Below, in pieces: positions 16,701 through 25,749 of a stretch of DNA of 64,000 bases (position 1 is its first letter; each line of letters starts with the position of its first letter). This DNA comes from Acidobacteriota bacterium (GTDB lineage Bacteria > Acidobacteriota > Thermoanaerobaculia > Multivoradales > UBA5704). Where the stretch lies: assembly GCA_040005235.1 (NCBI GenBank), contig JBDTZG010000007.1:73206-137205 (forward strand), in the 5' to 3' direction. Made by a program: the position numbers and the translations under genes. The notes under the pieces are model-generated. The model was given only the letters and a program-made list of their open reading frames with translations. It was not told where the DNA came from and did no database searches.

Positions 16701-18284
16701 ATGGATCGTTCCCGTCCGGAGGCGGTCGAGCTGGAGCTGTTCACCCAGCGGCTCGCGGCGGTCGCCCGCGACATGGGCGAGCAGCTCCGGCGCACGGCGG
16801 TTTCGACCAACGTCAAAGAGCGCTTGGATTTCTCCTGCGCGCTGCTCGATCCGGCAGGGGTCCTGGTCGCCAACGCGCCCCACATCCCGGTGCACCTCGG
16901 CGCCCTCGGGTTGTGCGTCCGCCGGCTGCTGGAGACGATCTCAATCGGCCCGGGCGACGCCGTAGTCACCAACCACCCGGCCTACGGCGGTTCGCACCTG
17001 CCCGACGTGACGCTCGTCTCCGGGGTGTTCGATGACGACGGACAGTTGCTTGGCTACGTCGCGAACCGCGCCCATCACGCGGAGATCGGCGGCACCCGGC
17101 CCGGATCGATGCCGCCCGACGCTACGCGCTTGATCGAAGAGGGGGTGGTGATCCCTCCAACCTATCTGGTGCAGCGCGGCGTGCCCCGCTGGGGCGAAAT
17201 CGAACGCCTGCTGACCGGAGGGCCGTATCCGACCCGGGCGGTGCGCGAAAACCTGGCCGATCTGGAAGCCGCGCTCGCGGCAAACCGCTGTGGCGAACAA
17301 GCTCTCCGCGCCCTTGCCGCGCGCCACGGCCACGAGGCGGTGCATCACTACATGGCGGCGCTCGCCGACCAGGCCGAAGCGCGCATGCGCGACGCGCTGT
17401 CTCGCATCGTTCCCGGTCGCTACTCCGCGGTCGAACGGCTCGACGATGGCTCGCCGATCGCGGTCGAGATCGAAGTTTCGAGCGAAAGTGCGACGATCGA
17501 TTTCGCCGGCACGGGGGCCGTTCATCCCGGCAACCTGAATGCGCCGCCCGCGGTGATCCGCAGCGCGATCCTTTACGTCTTACGCCTGCTGGTGGCCGAG
17601 CCGATGCCGCTGAACGAAGGGTTCCTGCGGCCGATCGAGATCCGCATGCCGCCCGGCTGTCTGCTCGATCCGCAGTTTCCTTCGGATCCTGAGAACGCGC
17701 CGGCGGTGGTCGGCGGCAATGTCGAGACCAGCCAGCGGCTGGTCGATGCGTTGCTCCACGCGCTCGGCCTCGTCGCGGGAGGGCAAGGGACGATGAACAA
17801 CACCCTGTTCGGCAATTCGAGCTTCGGCTACTACGAGACGGTCTGCGGCGGCGCCGGAGCCTGCCAAGGGCATCCCGGCGCGAGCGCGGTCCACACCCAC
17901 ATGACCAATACCCGGATCACCGACCCGGAGATCCTCGAACACCGCTATCCGGTGCGCCTGCACCGCTTCGGGATCCGCCGTGGCTCGGGCGGTGCCGGAC
18001 GTTTTCGCGGTGGCGACGGCGCGGTGCGGGAGATCGAATTCCTGGCGCCCGTCTCGCTTTCCCTGCTCACCCAGCACCGGGTCGAGGCGCCGTACGGTCT
18101 CGAAGGCGGAGAGCCGGGCGAGCGCGGCCGGCAGACGCTGATCCGTGCGAACGGCGAGCGGGAAGTGCTGCCGCCGTCGGCCGCACGCGAGGTCGGTCCG
18201 GGCGATCGGCTGTTGCTCGAAACTCCCGGCGGCGGCGGTTTTGGATCGGTGGAACCGGTCACGGAGCAGCGAGACGCGCCCTGA
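16701..18284 (+). CDS. Hydantoinase B / 5-oxoprolinase subunit
   Basis: STNVKERLDFSCAL, HIPVHLG, GGSHLPD, HHAEIGG..PGSMP, YYETVCGG, MTNTRITDPE, TPGGGG. Confidence 0.92.
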   Translation: MDRSRPEAVELELFTQRLAAVARDMGEQLRRTAVSTNVKERLDFSCALLDPAGVLVANAPHIPVHLGALGLCVRRLLETISIGPGDAVVTNHPAYGGSHLPDVTLVSGVFDDDGQLLGYVANRAHHAEIGGTRPGSMPPDATRLIEEGVVIPPTYLVQRGVPRWGEIERLLTGGPYPTRAVRENLADLEAALAANRCGEQALRALAARHGHEAVHHYMAALADQAEARMRDALSRIVPGRYSAVERLDDGSPIAVEIEVSSESATIDFAGTGAVHPGNLNAPPAVIRSAILYVLRLLVAEPMPLNEGFLRPIEIRMPPGCLLDPQFPSDPENAPAVVGGNVETSQRLVDALLHALGLVAGGQGTMNNTLFGNSSFGYYETVCGGAGACQGHPGASAVHTHMTNTRITDPEILEHRYPVRLHRFGIRRGSGGAGRFRGGDGAVREIEFLAPVSLSLLTQHRVEAPYGLEGGEPGERGRQTLIRANGEREVLPPSAAREVGPGDRLLLETPGGGGFGSVEPVTEQRDAP

Positions 18285-18759
18285 CCGCCCGCTGCCGCAA
18301 CGCCTCGTAGGAAGAGATCGCGACCGAATTCGACAGATTCAACGAACGCAGCTCCGGATCGGCCATCGGAATCTTCACCAGGCGCTTGGCGTAGCGCGCG
18401 CGGATCTCGGGAGAAAGCCCAACGCTCTCGCGCCCGAACACGAGCACCGTTTGATCCGGAAAGTTGATCTCCCAGAGCGTCCTTTTCGCTTCGGCCGAAA
18501 AGAAGAACGCGGCGCCCAAGGCTGATAGCTCAGTCTCGAATTCCGGCCAGCTCTCCCACACTCGGGGGTTCACCCGCGGCCAATAATCGAGCCCCGCCCG
18601 CCGCACCTGCTTATCTTCGAGGGAAAACCCGAGCGGCCGAATCAAATGCAACCGCGCGCCGGTCGCCAGACACGTCCGTCCGACCGCACCGGTGTTCCAG
18701 TGGATCTCCGGATGGACCAGCGCGAGGTGGAGGGCGGGGGGGAGGGACAGAGAGGTCAT
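18259..18759 (-). CDS. trmL: tRNA (cytidine(34)-2'-O)-methyltransferase
   Basis: PEIHWNTG..GRTC, LIRPLGF, RRAGLDYW, FGRESVGL, RSLNLSNS. Confidence 0.9.
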   Translation of the reverse strand: MTSLSLPPALHLALVHPEIHWNTGAVGRTCLATGARLHLIRPLGFSLEDKQVRRAGLDYWPRVNPRVWESWPEFETELSALGAAFFFSAEAKRTLWEINFPDQTVLVFGRESVGLSPEIRARYAKRLVKIPMADPELRSLNLSNSVAISSYEALRQRAVRARLAAP

Positions 18760-18813
18760 CGAACTCTTCCGGCCGGGGAAGGTAGCACGCCATTCCCGCT
18801 ACAATCGCTTTCG

Positions 18814-19272
18814 ATGCGCATCGGCCTGCTTTCCGACACCCACGGCCTGCTCCGTCCACGGGTCCTGGAGCTGCTCGCCGGATGCGACCGGATTTTCCAT
18901 GCGGGAGACGTCGGATCGCCGGAGATCCTGGCCCGGCTCTCCGGGTTAACTCCCGGCGTTCCGGTCGCCGCGGTCCGGGGCAATACGGATGGCGGCGAGC
19001 TTGCAAGTCTGCCCGACACGGCCACCGTGGAGATCGAGGGGGTCTCGCTCGGGCTGGTTCATCGGCGTGAGGACATTCCGGTCCGTTGGCAGCGATCGAT
19101 GCGAGTGATCGCGTTCGGTCACTCCCATCGGCCGGAGCTGGAATGGCGGGGCGAGGCGTTGTGGATCAACCCGGGCGCCTGCGGCGCGCGCCGGTTTCGG
19201 CTGCCGCTCACTCTCGCCGTTCTAACCCTCGACGAGGGGCGAATCGTGCCGGAAATCTTTGCCGTCGATTAA
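18814..19272 (+). CDS. YfcE-family metallophosphoesterase
   Basis: MRIGLLSDTHG, HAGD, VRGNTD, FGHSH, INPG. Confidence 0.88.
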   Translation: MRIGLLSDTHGLLRPRVLELLAGCDRIFHAGDVGSPEILARLSGLTPGVPVAAVRGNTDGGELASLPDTATVEIEGVSLGLVHRREDIPVRWQRSMRVIAFGHSHRPELEWRGEALWINPGACGARRFRLPLTLAVLTLDEGRIVPEIFAVD

Positions 19273-19324
19273 GATCCATTGACTACGGCCGCTCCCCCAA
19301 AGGGGCCGCCCTCGGGAGGTTCGC

Positions 19325-20623
19325 GTGCTCCACTTCTCGTCTCGTCTCTTCGGTTTCCGGCGCTCGGTGTTTGCCGGCGCGCCGGTTCTCTTGTTTGGGT
19401 TCGTCCTGCTCGCCGCGAATCCCGCGGGCGCCGTGGGCTACGGTCTGTTTCAGCACGGCGGCCGGACGACCGGCCAGGCGGGGGCGTTCACGGCCCGGGC
19501 CTCTGACCCCTCAGCCCTCACGTTCAATCCCGCTGCCATTGCGCGGCTCGACGGATTTCAATTTCAAGGCGGCCTCGATTTTCAGAACGACACCGACACC
19601 TTCCGAACTAACACCGGTTCGTTCGATGCCGGGCACGTGATCCAGTTTCCGCCCGCCGCCTATGCCACTTGGCGCCCCGGGAAGGATTCCCGCTGGGCTT
19701 TCGGGCTCGGGCTTGATGCGCCGTTCTGGACCACTCTCGATTGGAAGCCGGTGTTTTTCCCCGAGCGGTTCACTCAGAAGAAGTTCGAGCTGACCGTCTT
19801 CCAACTGCATCCGGTCGTTGCGTTTCGCCTGAGCGACGGCTGGAGCGTCGGCGGCGGCGTCCGCTACTTGAAGGGCTCGCTTGAACAAGACGACAGCAAA
19901 AGCTTTCTGGTGGTCACAGGACCGCTCCATCGGGAGGTCGTAGAGGAGCAACGGGAAGGGAAATCCGACGTCGATGGCCTCGGCTGGGATCTGGCGCTGC
20001 ACTACGCCGGAGAGCGCTGGGGCTGGGGAGGCGTCGTCCGTAGCGCGGTCAAGTTGGACGGCTCCGGGGACGCTCGTTATCGCATTCTCGATTTCCAGCT
20101 GCCCCCGGCGGATCAGGCGCTCTTCAGGTCCGGCGGATCGGTTTCCCAGAAGTTTGAGCTGCCCGCTGAATTTTCGACCGGAATCTGGTTCGCACCCTAC
20201 CCGGAGCTGCGGTTTGAGGTGGACGCCGTGTGGCAGAAGTGGTCGGACGTGAGCGCTTCGACCGTTCGGTTCGGCCCGGGAGGGCTGACGTTGCACGACG
20301 ACAGCGTGAGCCGTTTCGGCAATTGGGACGACACGCTGTCGCTTCGGCTCGGGGTCGAAGGCGACCTGAACGATCAGGTGAGCCTGTTCGGCGGCATCGC
20401 GCGGGAGGAGTCTCCGGTTGGAGGGCAGGCCGTATCACCCGGTTTCCCGCGCGGCGACGGAATGGTCTACGCGGCCGGCGCGACCTACAACTTCCCGCAG
20501 ATCTCGTTCGATCTCGGCTACTCGATCCACCAGCACGACCGAAATCGCGCGGCTTCGGGCAGCTACACCGCCCGCTCGTCCGTCTGGTCGGCTTCCGCCC
20601 GATGGCGGTTCGGCAAACCTTAG
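19325..20623 (+). CDS. OmpP1/FadL family outer-membrane transporter
   Basis: G.AGAFTARASDPSALTFNPA hatch motif, FGLGLDAPF, beta-barrel body. Confidence 0.85.
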   Translation: MLHFSSRLFGFRRSVFAGAPVLLFGFVLLAANPAGAVGYGLFQHGGRTTGQAGAFTARASDPSALTFNPAAIARLDGFQFQGGLDFQNDTDTFRTNTGSFDAGHVIQFPPAAYATWRPGKDSRWAFGLGLDAPFWTTLDWKPVFFPERFTQKKFELTVFQLHPVVAFRLSDGWSVGGGVRYLKGSLEQDDSKSFLVVTGPLHREVVEEQREGKSDVDGLGWDLALHYAGERWGWGGVVRSAVKLDGSGDARYRILDFQLPPADQALFRSGGSVSQKFELPAEFSTGIWFAPYPELRFEVDAVWQKWSDVSASTVRFGPGGLTLHDDSVSRFGNWDDTLSLRLGVEGDLNDQVSLFGGIAREESPVGGQAVSPGFPRGDGMVYAAGATYNFPQISFDLGYSIHQHDRNRAASGSYTARSSVWSASARWRFGKP

Positions 20624-20627
20624 GAGA

Positions 20628-22187
20628 TCAGCTCCAGGGGCGCGAAATCACGCAGGCGTTGATGCCCCCGATGCCCATGGAGAGCTTGCCGGCCGGACCT
20701 TTCGGCGCAGGGCAGGGAGCATCGAAGACGTAGAGCGGGTGCAGCCTGCCGATCTCTTCGTTCAGTTCCGGCGGGGAGAGCGGAGTGGGGTAGAGGCGCC
20801 CGCGGTCGTAGCCGAGGTATTGGGCGGTCAGCTCCCAACCGCCGCCGGCGGACATGCCATGGCCGAAGGTCCCCTTGCGCGCGGTGACCAGCACCTGTCC
20901 GGACACCATGCTGCGCAGCGTCGCGATTTCCTTCCAGTCACCCGGGGTCGCGGTGGCGTGAAGGTCCCACGAGCCGAGGGTCGCCTCGTCGATGCCTGAG
21001 GCGGCGAGCGCTTCGCGGATCGCGGTGGACGGCCCCTCGATCGAAGGAGTGATGATGTGATCGGCGTCCGATGAGACGCCTACCGCGACCGGTTCCATGC
21101 CAAGCGGCTTGAAACCCCGTGCGGTCATGTGGTCGTAATCGCCGACGATCCAGATCGCCGCGCCGCCCGACACGTGGGTGCCGCGCAGGGTGGTGAGCGG
21201 CTTGGACACGGCGGCGTCGGCCGAGATGACCCGCCCGGCGTAAAACGCGGCGACGGTGATCGGCAGCGGCGGCGGGTCGGTCGCGCCGAGCACCACCGCG
21301 TCCGCCTCTCCCGCCTGGATCGCATCCATCGCGAGCTTCAAGGTGACGCCGAACGTCGAGCAGGCGGCAACCGGCGCGAACGCGAGGCCGGTGATCTTGC
21401 CCAGGATCGAGATCTGCGACGAGGGTGTGTTCTGGATGTTCCACAGCAGGTTCGCGGAGACCGAGCGCCAGGGCGGCTCGGGGCACTGCCACTTTTCTTG
21501 CAGTTTCGCGTGGCCGCGCTGCTTCTCCTTCATCACCGACATCTTGGCCTTCTCGACGTCGCCGTGAATGCCGTGCCCCTCGATCTCGGCCAGCTCGGAA
21601 AGGTAGGCAGCCAGCTCCGGCGAGCGTTCCGCCCACCAGTGCCACCAGGCGCCCCAAGCGTCGTCCCGATCGTCGATTTCGATCGTGTCGGGATGCGGCG
21701 GGCGCGTGAGATCGTTAGGCTCTCCGCTTCCGGCGTTCGCCGTCGCGAATTCGGGAAGCCGCTCGGCCCAGAAGCGATCCCACCGCCGTTGGCCGCGGCG
21801 AAGGGCGAGCGTGGCATCCGAGATGGTCGCCAGATTGCCGAGCCCGGTGCCGACGTAGACCCGGGTCCGGGTGCCCAGCCGCGACAGCTCCTGCTCGATG
21901 CCCGGGTTCTGCTGGAGCGCCTGGATGAAGCCGCCGATCGCGAATTGCGTCGGCAGGTCCATCTTCGCTTCGAGCGTGTGGAACCGGCTCGGCGGGAAGC
22001 GCTCGACGATCCACGAGCGGTACTCCTCGAACGAGAATTCCGGCTTTCCGATGAGAAAGGTGTCGGGGCCGAAGCCGTGGAACGGCGTGAGCCAGCTCTC
22101 TGCGGATTCGAGATTGGCCGCGAACGCTGCGACATTGGGCGACCGGGGAGCGACGATCCCCCAACCGAAGATTCCTACTCGACGCAA
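20628..22187 (-). CDS. Stand-alone beta-ketoacyl synthase (FabB/F-like) with internal insertion
   Basis: AACS, DLHATAT, TFGHGM (Cys-His-His), MGIGGINA; TTG start at 22187 after GGAGGA. Confidence 0.85.
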   Translation of the reverse strand: MRRVGIFGWGIVAPRSPNVAAFAANLESAESWLTPFHGFGPDTFLIGKPEFSFEEYRSWIVERFPPSRFHTLEAKMDLPTQFAIGGFIQALQQNPGIEQELSRLGTRTRVYVGTGLGNLATISDATLALRRGQRRWDRFWAERLPEFATANAGSGEPNDLTRPPHPDTIEIDDRDDAWGAWWHWWAERSPELAAYLSELAEIEGHGIHGDVEKAKMSVMKEKQRGHAKLQEKWQCPEPPWRSVSANLLWNIQNTPSSQISILGKITGLAFAPVAACSTFGVTLKLAMDAIQAGEADAVVLGATDPPPLPITVAAFYAGRVISADAAVSKPLTTLRGTHVSGGAAIWIVGDYDHMTARGFKPLGMEPVAVGVSSDADHIITPSIEGPSTAIREALAASGIDEATLGSWDLHATATPGDWKEIATLRSMVSGQVLVTARKGTFGHGMSAGGGWELTAQYLGYDRGRLYPTPLSPPELNEEIGRLHPLYVFDAPCPAPKGPAGKLSMGIGGINACVISRPWS

Positions 22188-22311
22188 CGTAAAGTCCTCC
22201 CAGGAAAAACCGGAGATCCCTCGGGATGGGTTCTCTCCACCGGATCGGGTGATTGTCGCCCAGAGGGGCGCAGAGGGCAAACCGGCGCTCCTCGCGGCTA
22301 TGATGAAGAAC

Positions 22312-22680
22312 ATGCCGAGCTTTCGTCTACGCGTTCGAGGCCGTTTCGAGGCCGCCCACCATTTGACCTCCTACCGCGGCTCGGTCGAGTCCGTCCACGG
22401 CCACTCATGGCGAGTCGAGGCGTTCCTCGAAACCGACCATCTGGACGCGGACGGCATGGCCTGGGATTTCGTCGAGGTGAAAACCGCGCTCCTGGCGCTC
22501 TGTGCCGAGCTCGATCACCAGGATCTAAACGCGGTGGCGCCGTTTACCCGGATCAGCCCGACCACCGAGCACGTCGCGGCCTGGTTCTTCGACCGGCTCG
22601 CCGAAGCCCTCCCCGGCGCGCCGCTTTTGGAGGTGGAGGTCTGGGAAGGCCCCGACTGCTCGGCGACCTATCGGCCGTAA
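22312..22680 (+). CDS. queD: 6-carboxytetrahydropterin synthase (QueD/PTPS)
   Basis: FEAAHHL, HGHSW, LDHQDLN, PTTEHVA, VWE. Confidence 0.85.
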   Translation: MPSFRLRVRGRFEAAHHLTSYRGSVESVHGHSWRVEAFLETDHLDADGMAWDFVEVKTALLALCAELDHQDLNAVAPFTRISPTTEHVAAWFFDRLAEALPGAPLLEVEVWEGPDCSATYRP

Positions 22681-22885
22681 GGGCTCGCTCGGGCAAATCA
22701 GGTCGTCATTTTGGTGCGGTTTCGTGTTCGCGCGTTCGTGTTACAGTCTGTTACAGCCTCGCTCCCTGTTCTTCTCTGCGCAAGAGGCGCCCCTCAATTG
22801 CCATGCTCCGTACTGTTTCGGGCGAGCCGGCCTGTCGCTGGCTCTTGCTCTGGGTGCCCCATATTCGGGGCAGGAGGTTGGAACC

Positions 22886-24523
22886 ATGAGGAATTGGTCC
22901 TTGGCAGCAGCCCTGCTGCTCGCCGCCGCACCGTTCGCCGCACATGCGGCGGGTCCGGCGTGGCCCACGATCGACCGCCAGCTAGCCGACTCGGGCGTGC
23001 GGAACGGGAGCGCGCTGGAACGTCTGGTCCGGCAAAACCAGGATTTCTCGATCCTTCGCGCTGACGAGGCGACGGACCGCCGCGGCCTGCCGCTCTGGCT
23101 TCGGGTCTATTGGCGGAAAGCCCATCCGGAGGTCGCCTATTCGAAGGCCGATCCGACCGGCGGCTACCCCCACGTGCTCAAAGAGATCCACGAGTGGCTG
23201 CTCTCTCATCAGGATCTCCGTCCGGGCCCGCGCGAAACGGATGTCTCTCCGGCCGAGTGGCGCGCGACCGTGGGCACGAACCTGCGGACCTCCGGCGCTT
23301 CTGCCAACCCGCGTAGCGAATCCGACATCCGGATCAACTTCAACAATCCGACCCAGATCATCGGCGCCTCGAACAACATCGTCGCGAGCGGCCTGCAAGT
23401 GCAGTTCTACTCTGCCGACGGCGGCGGAACTTGGGGCCAGACGACCCTGCCTCTCGCCTCGACCGACTCGTTCCATTCCGACCCGGCGGTCGATTGGACT
23501 TCGGACGGCCGCGCCTGGTCGATCACTCTCGGCATCAAGGGGAACACGCTCAAGGCCCGTGCCTACGTTTCGACTAACGGCGGCGCCACTTGGACGTTCG
23601 ATGGCACCCCCTCCGGTTCGCAGCGCAACGTGGACAAGGAGCTGATGTGGGTCGACCACAGCGCTAGCTCAACTTTCAAAGACAACATCTACGCCTGCTG
23701 GCACAACGGCAATCCGGCCTATGTCGGGCGGCGGACCGCGGCGGGGTGGCAGACGGCGATTCAGGTGAGCGGTGCCGAGACGTCCGGCACGGCGATCGGC
23801 TGCGACATCAAGACCAATAGCGGCGGCAACGTCTTCGCGTTCTGGCCGACCACCGGCAACAGCCGGGTCATCGTAGCGAAATCGACTACCGGGGGCGTCT
23901 CGTTCGGCGCGCCGGTCGTGGTGCGAACGACGTTCGACAGCTACGACATCGGAGTTCCTTCGTTCAACACCCGCCGGGCGCTCATCTATACCTCGGGCGG
24001 CGCTTACAAGACGGCGACCCAAGACAACGTTTACGTCACCTGGACCGACTTGACCGGCGCCACGGGCTGCAACGCGCCGGCCAACGAACCGGGAAGCAAC
24101 GTCGCCTCGACTTGCAAGACGCGAATCTGGTTCTCGCGTTCGACCAACGGCGGCGCCACCTGGTCGACGGCGATTATGCTGAACAACCAGGCCTCTCTGA
24201 ACGATCAGTTCAACCAGGCGCTGGCGGTCGACGAGACCAACGGCAAGATCGGCGTGATGTATTACGACACGGTGGGCGACACCGGGCGCAAGAAGTCCGA
24301 CGTCTGGTATCAGTCCTCCTCCGACGACGGCGTCACCTGGTCGGCGCCTTTGAAAGTGACCACCGCGCAGACCGACGAGACGATCGCGGGCGCCAACTCG
24401 GGCAACCAGTACGGCGACTACAACTCCCTCTCCGGCACCCTCGGCAAGTTCTTCCCGGTCTGGACCGACCGGCGCTCGGGCGCCAAAGAAGAGATCTGGA
24501 CCGCGCCGATCATCGATCCATAG
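22886..24523 (+). CDS. Secreted sialidase-like BNR/Asp-box beta-propeller protein
   Basis: Signal peptide; repeated SxDGGxTW / STNGGATW boxes; GDY motif; AGGAGG RBS. Confidence 0.8.
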   Translation: MRNWSLAAALLLAAAPFAAHAAGPAWPTIDRQLADSGVRNGSALERLVRQNQDFSILRADEATDRRGLPLWLRVYWRKAHPEVAYSKADPTGGYPHVLKEIHEWLLSHQDLRPGPRETDVSPAEWRATVGTNLRTSGASANPRSESDIRINFNNPTQIIGASNNIVASGLQVQFYSADGGGTWGQTTLPLASTDSFHSDPAVDWTSDGRAWSITLGIKGNTLKARAYVSTNGGATWTFDGTPSGSQRNVDKELMWVDHSASSTFKDNIYACWHNGNPAYVGRRTAAGWQTAIQVSGAETSGTAIGCDIKTNSGGNVFAFWPTTGNSRVIVAKSTTGGVSFGAPVVVRTTFDSYDIGVPSFNTRRALIYTSGGAYKTATQDNVYVTWTDLTGATGCNAPANEPGSNVASTCKTRIWFSRSTNGGATWSTAIMLNNQASLNDQFNQALAVDETNGKIGVMYYDTVGDTGRKKSDVWYQSSSDDGVTWSAPLKVTTAQTDETIAGANSGNQYGDYNSLSGTLGKFFPVWTDRRSGAKEEIWTAPIIDP

Positions 24524-24553
24524 GGCACGGTTCCCCTCTCCGAAGCTTGAAAG

Positions 24554-24585
24554 ACGGCGCCTCCCGGGGCGCCGTTTTTCGTCTG
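24554..24585 (+). terminator. Rho-independent terminator; copy 1 of a direct repeat flanking the rpn gene
   Basis: ACGGCGCCtcccggGGCGCCGT followed by TTTT and CGTCTG. Confidence 0.75.
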
Positions 24586-24664
24586 CCCATGAAGTCTTGA
24601 GGGGAAACTGCAAGATTGACGGGGGTGTTTCGCGTCCTTTAAGCGGCAGGAGGTACGTGCCGCA

Positions 24665-25687
24665 ATGACCAGTCACGACCAGTTGTGGAAGGACCTGTTC
24701 CGCATCTTTTTCCCCGATCTGCTATTTCTGCTCGATTCCGACCTCGCGGCCCGCCTGTTCGGGAACCTCGGTCCGGGGAGCATCACCTTCCTGGACAAGG
24801 AGGTCTTCCACGACCTGCCCGAGGGGGAACGGAGGGAGGTGGATCTCCTGGCGGAGATCCCCGACCGCGCGGGCGGGCGGAAGTTACGGGTGCATGTGGA
24901 GATCGAGCAGCGCTTCGGCGGCGAGATCGCCCGCCGCGTCGCGCGTTACTCCCACTATCTCTACCTGCGCCATCCGGGGCCGGTGATCTCGATCGTCGTC
25001 TTTCTCCACGGTGGCCCGCCCGGCTCCCAATGGACCGGCCGCGTCGAGCGGGCCTTTGGGAGGGAAATCCACCGCTTCAACTATCTGTCGCTCGGGCTGT
25101 CGAAGCTCCCGGCGCAAACCCTACTCGACCGGGCGGAGCCGCTCTCCTGGGCGCTCGCCTCTCTCACCCGGGCGGGCAAGATGGGCAAGGCTCGGCTGAA
25201 GTTGGAATTGCTACGGAAGATTGCCACCGCTCCAGTGAGCGAGGTCGAGCGATTTCTGTTGGCCAATGCTGTGGAAACTTACCTACAATTGGCAGGGCGC
25301 CAGGCGGAAGAATACGCCGCGCTGCGTCTCGCCGACGAGAACCCGGAGGTCGAAGCGATGGAAATGACATGGGCTGAGCGAATGGCAGCGGATTACCAAA
25401 AGAAGTTTCGCGAGGAGGGGGTCTTGCTCGGTTTGCAGCAAGGCATCGAACAAGGCATCGAGAAAGGCATCGAGAAAGGCATCGAGAAAGGTCGGGAGCA
25501 AGGTCTCGGCAAGGGCGCGGAACGTCTTCGCAGCACCCTGCTTCGCCTTCTCGGGCAGAGGTTCGGCAAGATCCCTCCCGGGGTTCGGGCGCGGGTCGAG
25601 GCGATCGATTCGCTCGATGAATTGGGTGGCCTCACCGACCGGATCTTGGAGGTGAAGTCGCTCGACGAGCTGGGCCTCGGCAGCTAG
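24665..25687 (+). CDS. Rpn/YhgA-like PD-(D/E)XK nuclease (putative transposase) with DUF4351-like C-terminus
   Basis: HDQLWKDL, FLDKE, VDLL..VHVEIE, GIEKGIEKGIEKG repeats, LLRLLGQRFG tail. Confidence 0.82.
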   Translation: MTSHDQLWKDLFRIFFPDLLFLLDSDLAARLFGNLGPGSITFLDKEVFHDLPEGERREVDLLAEIPDRAGGRKLRVHVEIEQRFGGEIARRVARYSHYLYLRHPGPVISIVVFLHGGPPGSQWTGRVERAFGREIHRFNYLSLGLSKLPAQTLLDRAEPLSWALASLTRAGKMGKARLKLELLRKIATAPVSEVERFLLANAVETYLQLAGRQAEEYAALRLADENPEVEAMEMTWAERMAADYQKKFREEGVLLGLQQGIEQGIEKGIEKGIEKGREQGLGKGAERLRSTLLRLLGQRFGKIPPGVRARVEAIDSLDELGGLTDRILEVKSLDELGLGS

Positions 25688-25702
25688 GCGTTTGGCCAAG
25701 AA

Positions 25703-25736
25703 ACGGCGCCTCCCCGGGGCGCCGTTTTTGCGTCTG
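25703..25736 (+). terminator. Rho-independent terminator; copy 2 of the direct repeat
   Basis: ACGGCGCCtccccggGGCGCCGT followed by TTTT and GCGTCTG. Confidence 0.75.
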
Positions 25737-25749
25737 TTACAGTCCGGCC

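Noticed and set aside
21129-22889. 586-aa plus-strand ORF and the 21871 extension of queD
   Set aside because: Overlaps the ketosynthase antisense; QueD motifs start only at 22312
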